Assembly (NCBI GenBank): GCA_964016885.1
Contig: CAXHJY010000210.1
Span: 124,001 to 188,000 of the forward strand
From: Eledone cirrhosa
Lineage: Eukaryota
Length of the DNA: 64,000 bases
Reading direction: 5' to 3'
This document shows positions 1 to 12,585 of the stretch, one piece after another; the first letter of the stretch is position 1, and every line of letters begins with the position of its first letter. The notes under the pieces were generated by a model. The model was not told the origin of the DNA. It did not search any database and saw nothing but the letters and a program-made list of their open reading frames with translations. The position numbers were made by a program, and so were the translations under genes.

Positions 1-283
1 CGAGCACAAGTCCAGGAAAGGTAGTATGTGGAAGACCAGCAGTCACCCATACATACCAGTCTCACCTCTCCACACCACCGATGTTGTCCAAGGGAAAGGC
101 AATGGCCGATACAGCTTGGCACCAGTGATGTCACAACTCATTTCTACAGCTGAGTAAACTGGAGCAAATGTGAGATATAGTGTCTTGCTCAAGGACACAA
201 TGCATCACCTTGTCCAAGAATCAAACTCACAACCTCCCGATTGCAAGCCCAATGCTCTAACCACTAAGCTATGCACCTTCACA
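1..283 (-). mobile_element. tRNA-derived SINE, family with gtgtccttgagcaagacact core (partial, runs off window start)
   Basis: Reverse complement has a tRNA-like head (gcatagcttagtggttagagcattggg...gagtttgattc) and the core shared with copies at about 12690-12770 and 37988-38260. Confidence 0.75.
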
Positions 284-376
284 GGTTGAGAGTATATAAT
301 CATTAATACCTGCACTTTAACCTCACAACTATGGTACATGTGTATATAAATTAAGATAATCAATTAAGAAACTTAC

Positions 377-411
377 CAAAAATACAGGCAAATTTGAAGA
401 TTATTACTTAC
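377..411 (-). other. Candidate 35-nt exon of an unidentified minus-strand host gene
   Basis: Minus strand: TACTAAT branch point (434-440), T-rich tract, TTTTCAG acceptor (AG at 413-412), 35 nt, then G|GTAAGT donor (376-371). The exon itself begins GTAAGT. Confidence 0.5.
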
Positions 412-835
412 CTGAAAATAAACAAAAACAAAAATTAGTAAACCTCTCCAAATATGACAATTTTAAATATCTAGGATCATTTTTATAAAGACAAAAAAAA
501 AAAAGAATCTTTATATTCTTTAATTATTGTTTTTATTTTTTATTTTCTACTATTTTAATAAAAAAGAAAAGCATTGCCCACAATCCTTTTCAAGACACCC
601 AAGACTAATAAGAGGAAGAAAAGTGTTCTCAAACCAGAATGGATTCTGATAAAGAAACTGGAGGATCAGGGGGTGGCATTAAATAAGTAATGGATTAAAT
701 CTATTACACAAGTAGGCAAAGGAATGGTTTGAACTTAGAATGCACAGAGCTAGAACAAATACTGCTGCGAGGCATCCCATCCAATATTCTATTGATTTTG
801 CGTGTTCATTGCCTTATACTGGAACATTATTTATC

Positions 836-948
836 AAATCCCGCCGAGGTTAACTTTGCCTTTCATCCATACGGAGTCGATAAAATAAAGTACCAGTAAT
901 GTACTGGGTAATTGCTGGCCTTGTGCCAAATGTAGAAACAATTATTTA
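836..948 (+). mobile_element. 5'-truncated SINE, Meta-domain-like family
   Basis: caaatcccgccgaggttaactttgcctttcatcc..ggagtcgataaaataaagtaccag..gtagaaacaatta; more than 10 similar copies in the window. Resemblance to the MetaSINE central domain is from recall. Confidence 0.75.
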
Positions 949-1348
949 TCAGCCTGTAAAGTAAAGTTGATGTTACTGAGATCTGAACTCAGAATGAAAG
1001 GAACCAGAATAAATATTGTGAGGTAGCCCAGTATATATATAAATTTCTGCGATTCTGTCACAACACGTAAAGAGAGAGTAGTTTGACAACCTCATACTAC
1101 TCCTCTCTCTTTACATCTGCTGCCTGCATGAATGTATGTGTGTGTAAAAGGAAGCAAGGAGCTGGTGGGAAAACTACACTGTGTGTGAGTGAGTGTATGT
1201 GTATGTTTGAGTAAATGTATGTGTGTGTTTGTGTGAATGTGTGTGTGTTTGTTTGAATGTATGTCTGTGAGTGTGTATTTTTGTAAGTGTATCTGTGTTT
1301 GCACGTTTATATTTATATACTCATACATATAAATGTATGCATATGCAT

Positions 1349-1380
<32 letters not shown>

Positions 1381-1937
1381 ATGCATCAGTGTATGGAAAA
1401 ATATTCTAGCTCTCTAACACTTCTGCCATGTTTGTCACTTATGTTGATATAAAGAAATGCCAGTGGAAGGAAGCCAGAGTAGAGGAAGGGCAAGGAAGAC
1501 CTGGGCAGAGGTGGTCAGAGATAATCTCAAATTGCTGAAACTCACAGCAGAGACAACAAAGAATCGCGGATAAGTGAAGAGATGCTGAGAAAGACTCCTC
1601 CAACCCATACAAGTGTGGGAAAATGGATGCAAAAACAATGATTATGATGATGATGAAATATTGCGCACCAACAGAACACATGTTGATTTATTGTATAAAT
1701 AAATATCAGATTTATTTAGAAAATGTATTGCAGCTGCTTCTCTAGGTTATTAGCATGAACTCTTAACACTCTACAGAAAATATCTAAAAATCGGTTTGTC
1801 AACTCAAAGTTTTATAGTATCCGGCCACTGAGGCATATCTCACTCATTGCACACAGGGAATGCTCATGCTCACAGTGGCCGTCCTGCTTCCAAAGGTTTG
1901 TAACTATTATATATAGGGCCTTGGTGATTGAATGAGG

Positions 1938-2152
1938 TTAACCCTTTAGCATTTACATTACTATTATATTTTCAATGTAAAGGCTTTATCATACATAATT
2001 ATCTCACATAATATCAAATCTATGAGATTTTGATATTTATTTTGAGTATAATACTTTAATATCAGTATGAGCAGCCCGTTACAGCCGGTTTGAACAGAAA
2101 GAGGTGAGAGAATTCTGGCCAGATATGACTGATTTAAATGCTAAAGAGTTAA
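1938..2152. mobile_element. piggyBac-type MITE, copy 1
   Basis: TTAA|CCCTTTAGCATTT ... AAATGCTAAAGAG|TTAA: terminal inverted repeats with TTAA duplication. Confidence 0.85.
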
Positions 2153-2659
2153 TGAAGGAAGAGTCATTTTCATTGCAGCTTTCAGTTTTTCAACTTTTGA
2201 TACAGATACATGCCTAGAGACCCTGTATGGCATGGGCAAATTCTCTATTTGCCATCACCTCATCCATCTCACTTACACATGTTCTGTTTATTTTAACTTT
2301 ACAAAAATGTTTTGCTAATGCAGTTTCATCTGGTACAGGACATTAGGAGTTAATTTTGTGTGGATAAATAACTATTGGTAGCAAGAATAGAAGCAAAGAC
2401 AGAGATTTTGTTCACCAGGAATCTTCATCTACACTACCGCATTCAAAACAAATAGAACAATGATTTTCTACATTTTACAATCTATGGTACATTAAATAAG
2501 GCACTAAAAATGTTACAGCACTTCATCAGTTGTTTAAAAGTTTATTATACAATAAAACAAGTATTAAACTTATTTTTAAATAAAGATGAGTGTATGCATT
2601 ACACTTTGCTGCAAAGTAATGCACATATAATGTTGTGGTGCATTAAAAACACTTTTCTT

Positions 2660-2983
2660 CTTCTTATCCCACATATTCCTGAGAGGGTCATGGGGGCAGA
2701 GTCCTCAAACACTCCTTCTAGCAGGTCCTGTCAGAAGCAACCATCTCTAACTGATCCAGCTAGATCCCCAAGCGAGACCAGCCAAGCTCATGGATGTTAT
2801 CCAACTATCTTGCTCAGAGTCTACCCCTGGGTCTCCTGCTGGTTGGTTTTGCCTGTAAAATCTGTCCAGTGATTCTTTCCTGAGACATTCTAACTACATG
2901 TCTTGTAAGTATCGGAACTGTGATCTCTCAATTTGGAGAAGTAATGGCTCTACCTTGAGCAACTCTCTGCATTTTGCAGCACC
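2660..2983 (-). mobile_element. Degenerate RTE-like LINE 3' fragment, interrupted by a MITE
   Basis: Reverse complement resembles RT C-terminal residues (IERSQFR..HVVRM..GRP) followed by an (aag)n tail at about 2656-2665. Confidence 0.5.
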
Positions 2984-3212
2984 TTAACCCTTTAGCCTTT
3001 ACATTACTCTATATACACTATTATATTTTCATGGTAAACACTTTACCTCACATAATTATCTCACATAATATCAAACCTTTGAGATTTTGATATTATTTAT
3101 TTTGAGAACAATACCATAACATCAGTATGAGTGGTCAGTTACAGCTGTTTCAAACAGAAAAATGTGAGAAAATTCTGGCGGGATATGGCTGGTTTAAATG
3201 CTAAAGGGTTAA
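2984..3212. mobile_element. piggyBac-type MITE, copy 2
   Basis: TTAA-CCCTTTAGC ... GCTAAAGGG-TTAA; internal sequence matches copy 1. Confidence 0.85.
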
Positions 3213-3613
3213 CCGATTTGTGAGAGTGTATGCAGTTGCAGGTTATTTTATACTCATGGTAAGTAAAAGATTGTATGAACAAACAGTTCAGATATTGTGA
3301 GAATATGCAGGATTGTGAATCAGGATTTCTTACATATTAATATAACAACTATAATACTGTAGTGCTATCCCAATTATGATATTGTCTCTAAGTAAAAAAG
3401 TGCTATAGGGAATCAGTGCTTAATGGGATAGAACTAAGCAGAGTTTAACTGTGTTTAGATTATATGATGGAAATATTTTAATGGAAAATATAAAACAAAC
3501 TGATAAATTATGACTGAGAAAAAAAAATCATATCAAATTTAGAATGAGAAAACTACAGTTGTCTCTGTCCACTTCAAATTCAAAATATATATCTCTAAAA
3601 ATTTATTTTAGAT

Positions 3614-3821
3614 TTAACCCTTTAGCATTTACATTACTCTGTATATACTATTATATTTTCACCGTAAAGGCTTTATCTCATATAATATCTCACATAATAT
3701 TGAATCTATGAGATTTTGATATTATTTATTTTGGTATGAGTGGTCAATTATGGCCAGTTTGAACAAAAAGAGGTGAGAGAATTCTGGCCAGATACAGCCG
3801 GTTTAAAAGCTAAAGGGTTAA
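3614..3821. mobile_element. piggyBac-type MITE, copy 3
   Basis: Same TIRs and TTAA duplication. Confidence 0.85.
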
Positions 3822-3902
3822 GCTAGGTTTAGATAGATAAGATAAACTATTATAGTATCTATAAAATGCCTATTCTACCATGTAGACACAATTTTAAATT
3901 AA

Positions 3903-4883
3903 TCTATATATATAAAGCTGTGGTTGTCTGTCTGTCTATCGATTTTTGGCACACATCTCCTCTTAGAATCTCTGACGGAATTGCACCGAAACTGCTATAC
4001 TTGTACATTGAGCCCTAGCGAAGACATCGGGAAAAAAATATTTCAAATTGACCCACCCTATGTGACGAAATCGAATCTAATGTATCGATTTTTGAGCGTA
4101 AGTGACGAGTTATTTCCCTTTGTTCTGTTTACATTGAGCGTCTTACGTAAAAAATTACGCTGGCTTTCTCAGCGTTTAAAATGACATTAACACAATACAC
4201 GAACAGTTGTCGAGCCAGCAAAATATTGACCTGCAAAATTCATCAGTTCGAACACTAAGCTTCCGTTTTGCTTCATTTCCATTTAAAAGCCTTTTAAAAC
4301 AATATTTTTACTTGAAAACAAGTCTATTTAAAGACTACGTAAAACAAGCAAATATATCGTAAAAAAAAGCAAAAATTATATAAGGTTACTTAAAATATAT
4401 GTATCTGTAAATTTCGTTAGGCGTGCAGACAGACAGTCGTGCAGACAGACAGTCGTGCAGACAGACAATCGTGCAGAGAGGTGATATAGGCGTGCAGACA
4501 GACAGTCGTGCAGAGAGGTGATATACGCGTGCAGACAGACAGTCGTGCAGAGAGGTGATATAGGCGTGCAGACAGACGTAACTGATAATTTGGTTACGCT
4601 AATGTTTTTCTCTGCGTTGCAGTGTTTACATTTTCGATCTTTGTTAATAAATAACCAGTGCAGTTTTTATCCCCAGCATCCTCTTTTGTTATAACATTGG
4701 GGTTATCGTTATGTTTTCTTAACTTCATAAGGCATATTGTTGGTTGAGGGAATATTAATCAAAAACACCACATGCAAGTCTGCACAGTAGACACTACAGT
4801 TTTTAAGCCAAAAAAGAAACTTAACATTGTAACTTTAACACAGCTACTGAGCGACCCCGAGCAACGCCGGGCTTTACTGCTAG
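3903..4883 (+). mobile_element. Non-autonomous Helitron, both ends present
   Basis: A|TCTATATATATAAA 5' end; 3' hairpin CCCG-AGCAACGC-CGGG then CTAG|T; inserted between A and T; internal cgtgcagacagacagt tandem array at 4420-4578. Confidence 0.85.
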
Positions 4884-5724
4884 TGTAAAATATATACACT
4901 GTAAATATGGTTGGTGTTAGGAAGGGGATCCAGCTGTAAAATACACGGCCAAATTCCTCGTCAGACTTGTCTCCCAACATGGATGACCTGTCTAACAAAA
5001 ATGGACGCTAGACAATGATGATGATGATATAATCTGAGGAAAAACTGAATCACAATTTTAGATGAAGAAAACAAGCTACAAGATACTGAAAATATCGTAA
5101 TTTACTGGAGAAATATTTTTCAATCTATAACATTTAGCTCTTTCATTATCATATTTCTATGGAAATAAATACATTGTATTTGAATTAATTAATGAAGACT
5201 ATGGAGGGTTTTAATAAAATTATTAATTATTAATTATTAAGATGGTATTTGTAATAACAAAAAGTTCTTTTATAAAAATTATGTTGGAAGATTTTAATTT
5301 ATATAGGAACCCTTTTCAATGGGTGGTTTTGTTTCATAGAACCAGAGGTGGTTTGGGGGGCAGCTATCAAAAGGATTAAGACATCTGTGGGAGTTGGGTG
5401 GTTTGATCATGAAATTTTTGTCTTTGTTAGGAAGTCTTGGTTTATCTATTGAAGTACAGTGGAAGCTGCTTATTATAATCAAACAGCTATTGTTATCAAA
5501 ATTAGTAAGTCTCAAACACCTCAGGCTATAGTGGTATCTTTTATCAGGCAGAAGTTCAGAATAAGTGTAACAATTAACTGGCTGTAACTTTCTTATATAT
5601 ACATATTATATGTGTGTGTATATATATATATATATATACACACATATGATCCCTAATCAACTGTGTTATAACTCTTTCTGTTACTTTCATGACCTGGTCC
5701 ATCAGCTATATACACACATATATA

Positions 5725-7075
5725 GCTGATGGACCAGGTCATGAAGTAACAGAAAGAGTTATAACACAGTTGATTAGGGACCAAGTAAAACTAGACGAGA
5801 TGCAATTTGGGTTTGTGCCAGGAAAAGGCACCACTGATGCCCTCTTCCTTGTGAGGCAGTTACAGGAAAAGTACCTAGCTAAAAGTAAGCCGCTCTACCT
5901 GGCATTCGTCGATCTGGAAAAAAGCCTTCAACAGAGTCCCCCATGCTATAATTTGGTGGGTCCTTAGAAAACTAGGAGTAGATGAATGGCTTGTGAAAGC
6001 TGTACAAGCCATGTATAAGGGAGCAGTCAACAAAGTTAGGATTAACAATAACTATAGCGAGGAATTTAGCATACAGATCGGTGTCCACCAGGGCTCTGTT
6101 CTTAGCCCTCTCCTGTTCATCATAGTCCTGCAGGCAATAATGGAGGAGTTTAAGACTGGATGCCCATGGGAACTCCTGTATGCGGATGATCTCGCACTTA
6201 TAGCTGAATCTATGGTAGAACTAGAAAAGAAATTCCAATCATGGAAGCAGGGACTAGAAAGAAAGGGTCTCAAAGTCAACCTGATAAAGACTAAGGTCCT
6301 CATAAGTAGATGAGAAAACAGAACCCAGATCCCCTCAGGCAAGTGGCCTTGCTCATTATGCAGGAAAGGTGTAGGTAGGAACTCCATCTTCTGCCCCAAA
6401 TGCAAACAATGGGTACACAAGAGATTTAGTGGGATCTTAGGAAGCTTAACTAAGAATGTAAGCTTCACATGTAGCAGCTGCGCTGGGACAACAAGCAGCA
6501 GACGAGCACAGGAAACAAGTACCACCAAACTGTGGGAAGGCTCTGTAGAAACAGTAGACAGCTTTTGCTACCTAGGTGACCGGATTAGCAGCGGAGGTGG
6601 GTGTTCGGAAAGTACAATAACTAGGGTAAGAACGGGATGGAAGAAGTTCAGGGAGCTACTGCCACTGCTAGCTGCAAAAGGCTTTTCCCTCAAAATGAAA
6701 GGCAGACTGTATGATGCGTGTATACGAACAGCAATGTTACATGGTAGTGAAACCTGGGCGCTGACTGTGGAAGACTTGTGTAGATTAGAAAGAAACGAAG
6801 CCTGCATGCTCCGATGGATGTGTAATAGTAATATACGCGAACGGCAAAGCATAAATGAATTGAGAGAGAGACTGAGCATAAGAGGAATCAAATGCTGTAT
6901 GCAGGAGAGGCGGTTGCGTTGGTATGGACATGTGATGCGTATGAAGGATAACAGCTGCATAAAAGGCGATGACACAGGACCGAGACCTCTGGCGTTACGC
7001 AGTAATACAGAAGACCCGACTTCACACAGGTACAAGCCGAAGCTGAAGCATATAGACAATATGCCCCCACCCTCT
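5725..7075 (+). mobile_element. 5'-truncated RTE-clade LINE (RT, internal Cys/His finger, 3' end); frameshifted
   Basis: QFGFVPGKGTTDA, FVDLEK, GVHQGSVLSPLLF, LLYADDL; WPCSLCRKG..CPKCKQWVHKR..CSSC; RRLRWYGHVMR. Confidence 0.9.
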
Positions 7076-7486
7076 CCGACGGCAAAGTGGTCGTGTAGGC
7101 ACCACGGCAAAAAAGCACCCAGCACTCACTGTAAATGAGGTTGGTGTTAGGAAGGGCATCCAGCTGTAGAAATCAAGCCAAAATCAGTTCCAGTATGAGC
7201 AAGGCACAGTCAGCTGACCGGACACTACCCACAACAGGACAACCCATCTAACCCATGCTAGCATGGCAGAACGGACGTAAAACAGTGATGATGATATATA
7301 TATATTCGAGTGACCATGTCTCACTCATATAGGACTGTTTCTGGCCATAGAAAACCGGCCAGAAACAGTCCTATATGAGCGAGACACGGTCACCCGACCC
7401 AACTTGCTTCTAAATGGGACAAACCCGTCTAACCTATGCTAGTGTGGGAGATGGACGTTAAACGATTATGATGGTGATGATGATGA
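7076..7486 (+). mobile_element. SINE copies with RTE-like ggacgt(t/a)aaacgatgatg tails
   Basis: gttggtgttaggaagggcatccagctgtagaaa motif and (gat)n tail; related copies at about 4905-5030, 12790-12965, 13280-13470 (-) and 37153-37310 (-). Confidence 0.65.
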
Positions 7487-8620
7487 TATTCAGATTTTTA
7501 CATGACACAGGAGATTACAATTCTACAAACAAATTTTTTTCCAAAAATTTAATTTTTTCGAACAATTTTTTATCATAACATTTCTTCTACTTTTGATTTA
7601 TTTTCAAAACTTTTTTTAATTTGCCATTATGTTTTAAACTTTACAGAATACGAAAAATACTGAAAGTTTCAATTTTTTTCTTTTCTTTTTCATCCAACCT
7701 CTTCTCTTTTTATTTTGCCAGAGGTACTTTTTCTTTTAAAAAATTTTTCAAAGAAAGATTTTTTATTGAATAATTACACTCATATGTATTCAATAATGAC
7801 AATATGAAGGTGCTACATTTATGACAGAATATTTTCAGAGCAATTTTATTAAACTGTAAAGTGGTTGGTGATAGGAAGGCCATCCAGCCATAGAAATCTT
7901 GCCAAACAAAAGGTTGGGAGTATGACAACCTCCCTAGTGTTGGTGATTTACATGATAAACGCACCCAGTACATGCTGAGAAAAGGTTGGTAATAGGAAGG
8001 GCATACAGTCATAGAAATCTTGCCAGACAGGTTTGGAGGTCCAACCTATGCTAGTGTGGGAGATGGACGTTAAACGATGATGATGATGATATTCAGAGTT
8101 TTACATGACAGAGGAGATTACAATTCTACAAACAAATTTTTTTCCAAAAATTTAATTTTTTCGAACAACTTTTTATCATAACATTTCTTCTACTTTTGAT
8201 TTATTTAAAAAACTTTTTTTTTATTTGCCATTATGTTTTAAACTTTACAGAATACGATTCTGCAGGGGGGAAAAAAATTCTAAAAATTTCAATTTTTTTT
8301 CTTTTCTTTTTCATCCAACCTCTTCTCTTTTTATTTTGTCAGAGGAACTTTTCTTTCAAAAATTTTTTCAAAGAAAGATTTTTTATTGAATAATTAGACT
8401 AATGTGTATTCAATAATGACAATATGAAGGTGCTCAGAGCAATTTTATTAAACTGTAAAGTGGTTGGTGATAGGAAGGCCATCCAGCCAAACAAAAGGTT
8501 GGGAGTATGACAACCTCCCTACTGTTGGTGATTTACACGATAAACGCACCCAGTACATGCTGAGAAGTGGTTGGTAATAGTAGAAAGGGCATACAGTCAT
8601 AGAAATCTTGCTCGACAGGT
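7430..8620 (+). repeat. Local tandem duplication, unit about 610 bp
   Basis: aacctatgctagtgtgggagatggacg starts at 7430 and again at 8043; the following several hundred bases are near-identical. Confidence 0.9.
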
Positions 8621-8829
8621 TGGGAGGACTATCAGGTGTGTGAAAGGCATGACAACCTCACACGAGCACTCGATGGAACATGAAACCATACATAAGCGCA
8701 CAGGTCCCTGGCCTGCCTGGGAGATCAGAGGCACCGATTCAGCACAGACTTGGTCTATATGAACCCATCCAACTCTTGCTAACAGGGAAAGAAAGCAGAC
8801 GTTAAAATTGCCCCCCCCCCCCTCCCCTC

Positions 8830-9820
8830 ATAAATCGTGAAACATCTGCATGCATGTGCAAAATCTGAAGAAAATCAGCTAAATACTCTTTAAGCGTACT
8901 AAATTTTAGAGTATGATTTTTCTTCCATTTGGAGAAAATCGGTTAAGTTCTTTTTGAGTTTTATAGATTCACACCCAGTCATCTGGACAGAGATCATCTG
9001 AAGGACCAATGTAGTCAATTGTGTGAAAACCAAGTAGGGATGTACATTTAAGTAGGGATATTGAGATGATGAAATCACCGTGGCAACGCAGCTGCAGCAG
9101 AAGAGTGTCATAGTGCAATTAGCACAAACGCTGGGCAGCACTGGTTGCACTGCGTTTTCACAGCAACAAAGGTGCGACAAAAGGGGTCACTGCGGAATTA
9201 GCAGGGCGTTCATACTACGGTGTAGGTGCAACAAAAGGGGTCTTAGTAGAAGTAACACAGATGTGAGTTTTACGGTGTCAATAACACGGCAACGTACACA
9301 AGGCTTGGATTTGCATGTGATGAAAGCACGAAGCGTCAACAGGGCGCCGACAAAAATTACAAGGTTCTTCTCATTTCCTCAATCCTCCGAAAATGGTCCT
9401 GCTTAAAAGTACGTGTTGTATCCTCTGTTAAATAAACCAAATTTTTAACAAAATATTATACGCTACTTAGAATATTTAAGTAGCATATATATAGAAAATG
9501 AAAATGGCCCAATGCTAATTCGCAAATTCCCTAGAAACCATTAATGGAATCTGAATTTTTTTTTGTCCACAGCAATGAGAGGGGACTAACTAATGTGTGC
9601 TGCAAATTTCAAGGAAATCGGCTGGATTATCTTAAAAAAAAGCCTAAAAGATGCGGTTTTTCGCCTAGGGCAGAAAACGTTAACATTTTTTTAGCCCATT
9701 ACACTTCAAGAAATATAAGTAACGCATGTGTAAAGTTTGAAAAAATCGGTCAGTTACTTCTCGAGTTTTAGAGATTTATACAGACAGACAGACAGATATC
9801 CTCTGTTTTATATATATAGA
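8830..9820 (-). mobile_element. Non-autonomous Helitron-like element (5' end only clear)
   Basis: Minus-strand TCTATATATATAAAACAGAGGAT start at 9820; related to 33552-34399; 3' CTAG not found. Confidence 0.6.
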
Positions 9821-10690
9821 TTATAAATATATATATATATAATAATACTTCATTTTTGAATTTGTTTTGCAAGATTTCTTATCTGAAAACATGTTTTCTC
9901 AACACACAAAAAGAAGATAGTGTAGGATAGAACAAAGGAGAAACACAAAATAAAAACCCAGTCACAAAGCATAAAACCATCAGATCTGTTTCCATCAATC
10001 ATGAGTTGATGAGATATTAAATTCTACTCAGTATGGCAACTGACCTGCATTTAGGCAACATGAAAAGCCTCAGTCATGAGGTTTGCCACAATGATACGTC
10101 AATTTTCCAATGACACTGAATGTGCTTCAAATGTGAAGCTCATCCAGACTGAGTAAGCCAACACTAACAGAGAATCAACACAGAAAGTAAGTGAAGTTTT
10201 GAATATTGATCAGATTTGTACATAAGAGAGTTGCATATATATATATATACATATATATCAGTATGTGTGTATAAAAGATATATTTAGACAGTAGATTGCT
10301 CTAAACACTACAAGTCAATTTATCATGAAATTGACAAACCTAGTTCCTCTACCATAGTACAGCTTCATCCATCTCCCTGTTGTGAGAAAGGATTGGATGT
10401 TGCTCATTGAAGAAATGAGCAAGACTGAATCAAAGAAAGTAGCAGGTAGAATGAACATTTATGCAGGCCTGGGTCTCTAAATCATTTGAGCAATGTTGTC
10501 TGGACATGGGACTTCGAAATAAGTTTAACGTTAACCTGACGTAGGTTGTCACAACATTACAGGTACAATGAGAATTTAAATAAGAGACTAGCTCCTTAAA
10601 AGATGCACAATTATTTGGAGATGCACTGGTAATTCCTGAGGGGAAAAAAATGGTCGTGGCTCAGTTACATTGATGTTTTTGAGTAATTAC

Positions 10691-11253
10691 TTAACCCTTT
10701 AGCATTTATATTACTCTATATTTACTATTGTATTTTCAAGATAAACCTTTATTTCATATAATTATCTCACATAATATCAAATCTACAAGATTTTGATATT
10801 ATTTATTTTAATGGCCCTTTCCATTCTGAGTTCAAATCCCACCGAGGTCAACTTTGCCATTCATCCTTACGGGGTCGATAAAATAAAGTACCAGTAATGT
10901 ACTGGGAAATTGCTGGCCTTGTGCCAAAAGTAGAAACAATTATTTATTTTAAGAACAATACCTTAACATAAGTATGAGCAGCCAGTTACAACCAGTTTCA
11001 AAAGAAAGAGGTGAAAGAATTCAGGCCGGATACGGCCGGTTTAAATGCTAAAGGGTTAAACTGGCCGTATCCAACCAGTATTCTCTCACCTCTTTCTGTC
11101 CAAACCGGCTGAAACCGGCCGTTCATACTGATGCTAAGGTATTCTCAAAATAAATAATATCAAAATCTCATAGATTTGATATTATGTGAGGTAAAGCCTT
11201 TACCATGAAAATATAATAGTAAATATAGTATAATGTAAATACTAAAGGGTTAA
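10691..11253. mobile_element. piggyBac-type MITE with nested SINE, fused to an inverted second copy
   Basis: TTAA-CCCTTT at 10691, GGG-TTAA at 11056 and 11250; SINE at about 10812-10938 flanked by an attatttattttaa duplication. Confidence 0.8.
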
Positions 11254-12062
11254 AGTTTAGTAAAGGGACATTGAAAAGTAAGATCAGAAATTGGAGCTCT
11301 AACAGAACACCATGCCAATGGGTAAGACACTATGGTGGAGGGGAGAATACAGTGAATAGATCCCTTGTAGTGCGACATTACAAATCTGAATGTTTGAGAA
11401 ATCAAAGTTCACATCTGGAGCTGTTGATTTCAATAAAAAAATTTTACAATAAAAAAAATTCAACATTCACCAACTTTGATGTAAAAGTGCAATTTCTTTC
11501 TGTTTGTTGTTAATTACATGAGAGAATAAGTATCAGAATATGTATTGTATCTTGGTTTGGTTATAGTCGAAGATTTATTTCACTGTTTTGCTGCATCTTA
11601 TGATAACTGGGAAACAAACAGTATCATATCATATCTTTGTTATCTTGTTAAAGTTTGGTTTCATTCTGCTGATGTCAGATTTAGTTCGAGATATTATGGA
11701 GAACTCCATTTGCACAAATATGCATTACCCCATTTCGTCTCACCTCCAACTTTTCTATCTATCTACGTATATATGTATGTGCATATATTTTGTGTATGTA
11801 TGTATATACTCATATGTATTAATATATATAAAATTATATACAGGTGTATCACACACACAGACATACATACATATACATACAGCCTGTTACAGACAATGGC
11901 ATATTGCCTAAATCAACATTCTAATAAATACAGTTACATACTATTTTATTTGTATGAACATATGTAAAATATATAATGAATATTTTGGCTGTAAGACAAT
12001 TCGGTCTTGAATTCAGCAAATGCTATGTATTAATAAATATAATGTTTTTAATTTTGTATACA

Positions 12063-12118
<56 letters not shown>

Positions 12119-12528
12119 ATATTTTAGGAATATCAAGCAGATCTAGGGATGTATTATCTCCAATAAAATCATCTTTTCCAGCCTGAAGCCTACATAATAT
12201 TGTGTAATATTGTTATTATGTAACTATATAGCTAGATCTTCCATTGATATTGAAACTCTCTCACCTCATCATTATTATGCTGTATATATAAATTTGAGTA
12301 TGTGTTGGTTGGTTACCGACACTTCAGTATGCAGGATAGAACACTCAACGAAGTGCATAGGTGGGTCTGTTTACTCACAAGTAATTTAAAATCAAGAAGT
12401 GTAAGTCAACAGGTTAAAATTAACTTAGTTTATTCATACTTCGGGACTGGGCATATCAAAAGATCAAAATGACAGAGATAAACTTTGTTCCATCATTATG
12501 GTTTTCTGTTTTTCTGATGAAGTTCTAG

Positions 12529-12585
12529 CTGTCTGATGAAGTCATAGCTGTTGAATAATGTTTATCACCGAAATATATATAACAG
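12529..12585 (+). ncRNA. Type I hammerhead ribozyme motif (imperfect helix II)
   Basis: ctgt-CTGATGA-agtcatagc...gtttatcacc-GAAA-tatata-TA-acag. Confidence 0.65.

Noticed and set aside
3236-3264. + strand CAG...GTAAGT pair suggesting a microexon
   Set aside because: No polypyrimidine tract or branch point.
4420-4578. Short repeats with variable inserts, superficially CRISPR-like
   Set aside because: Inserts are themselves repeated; eukaryotic Helitron-internal tandem array; no cas genes.
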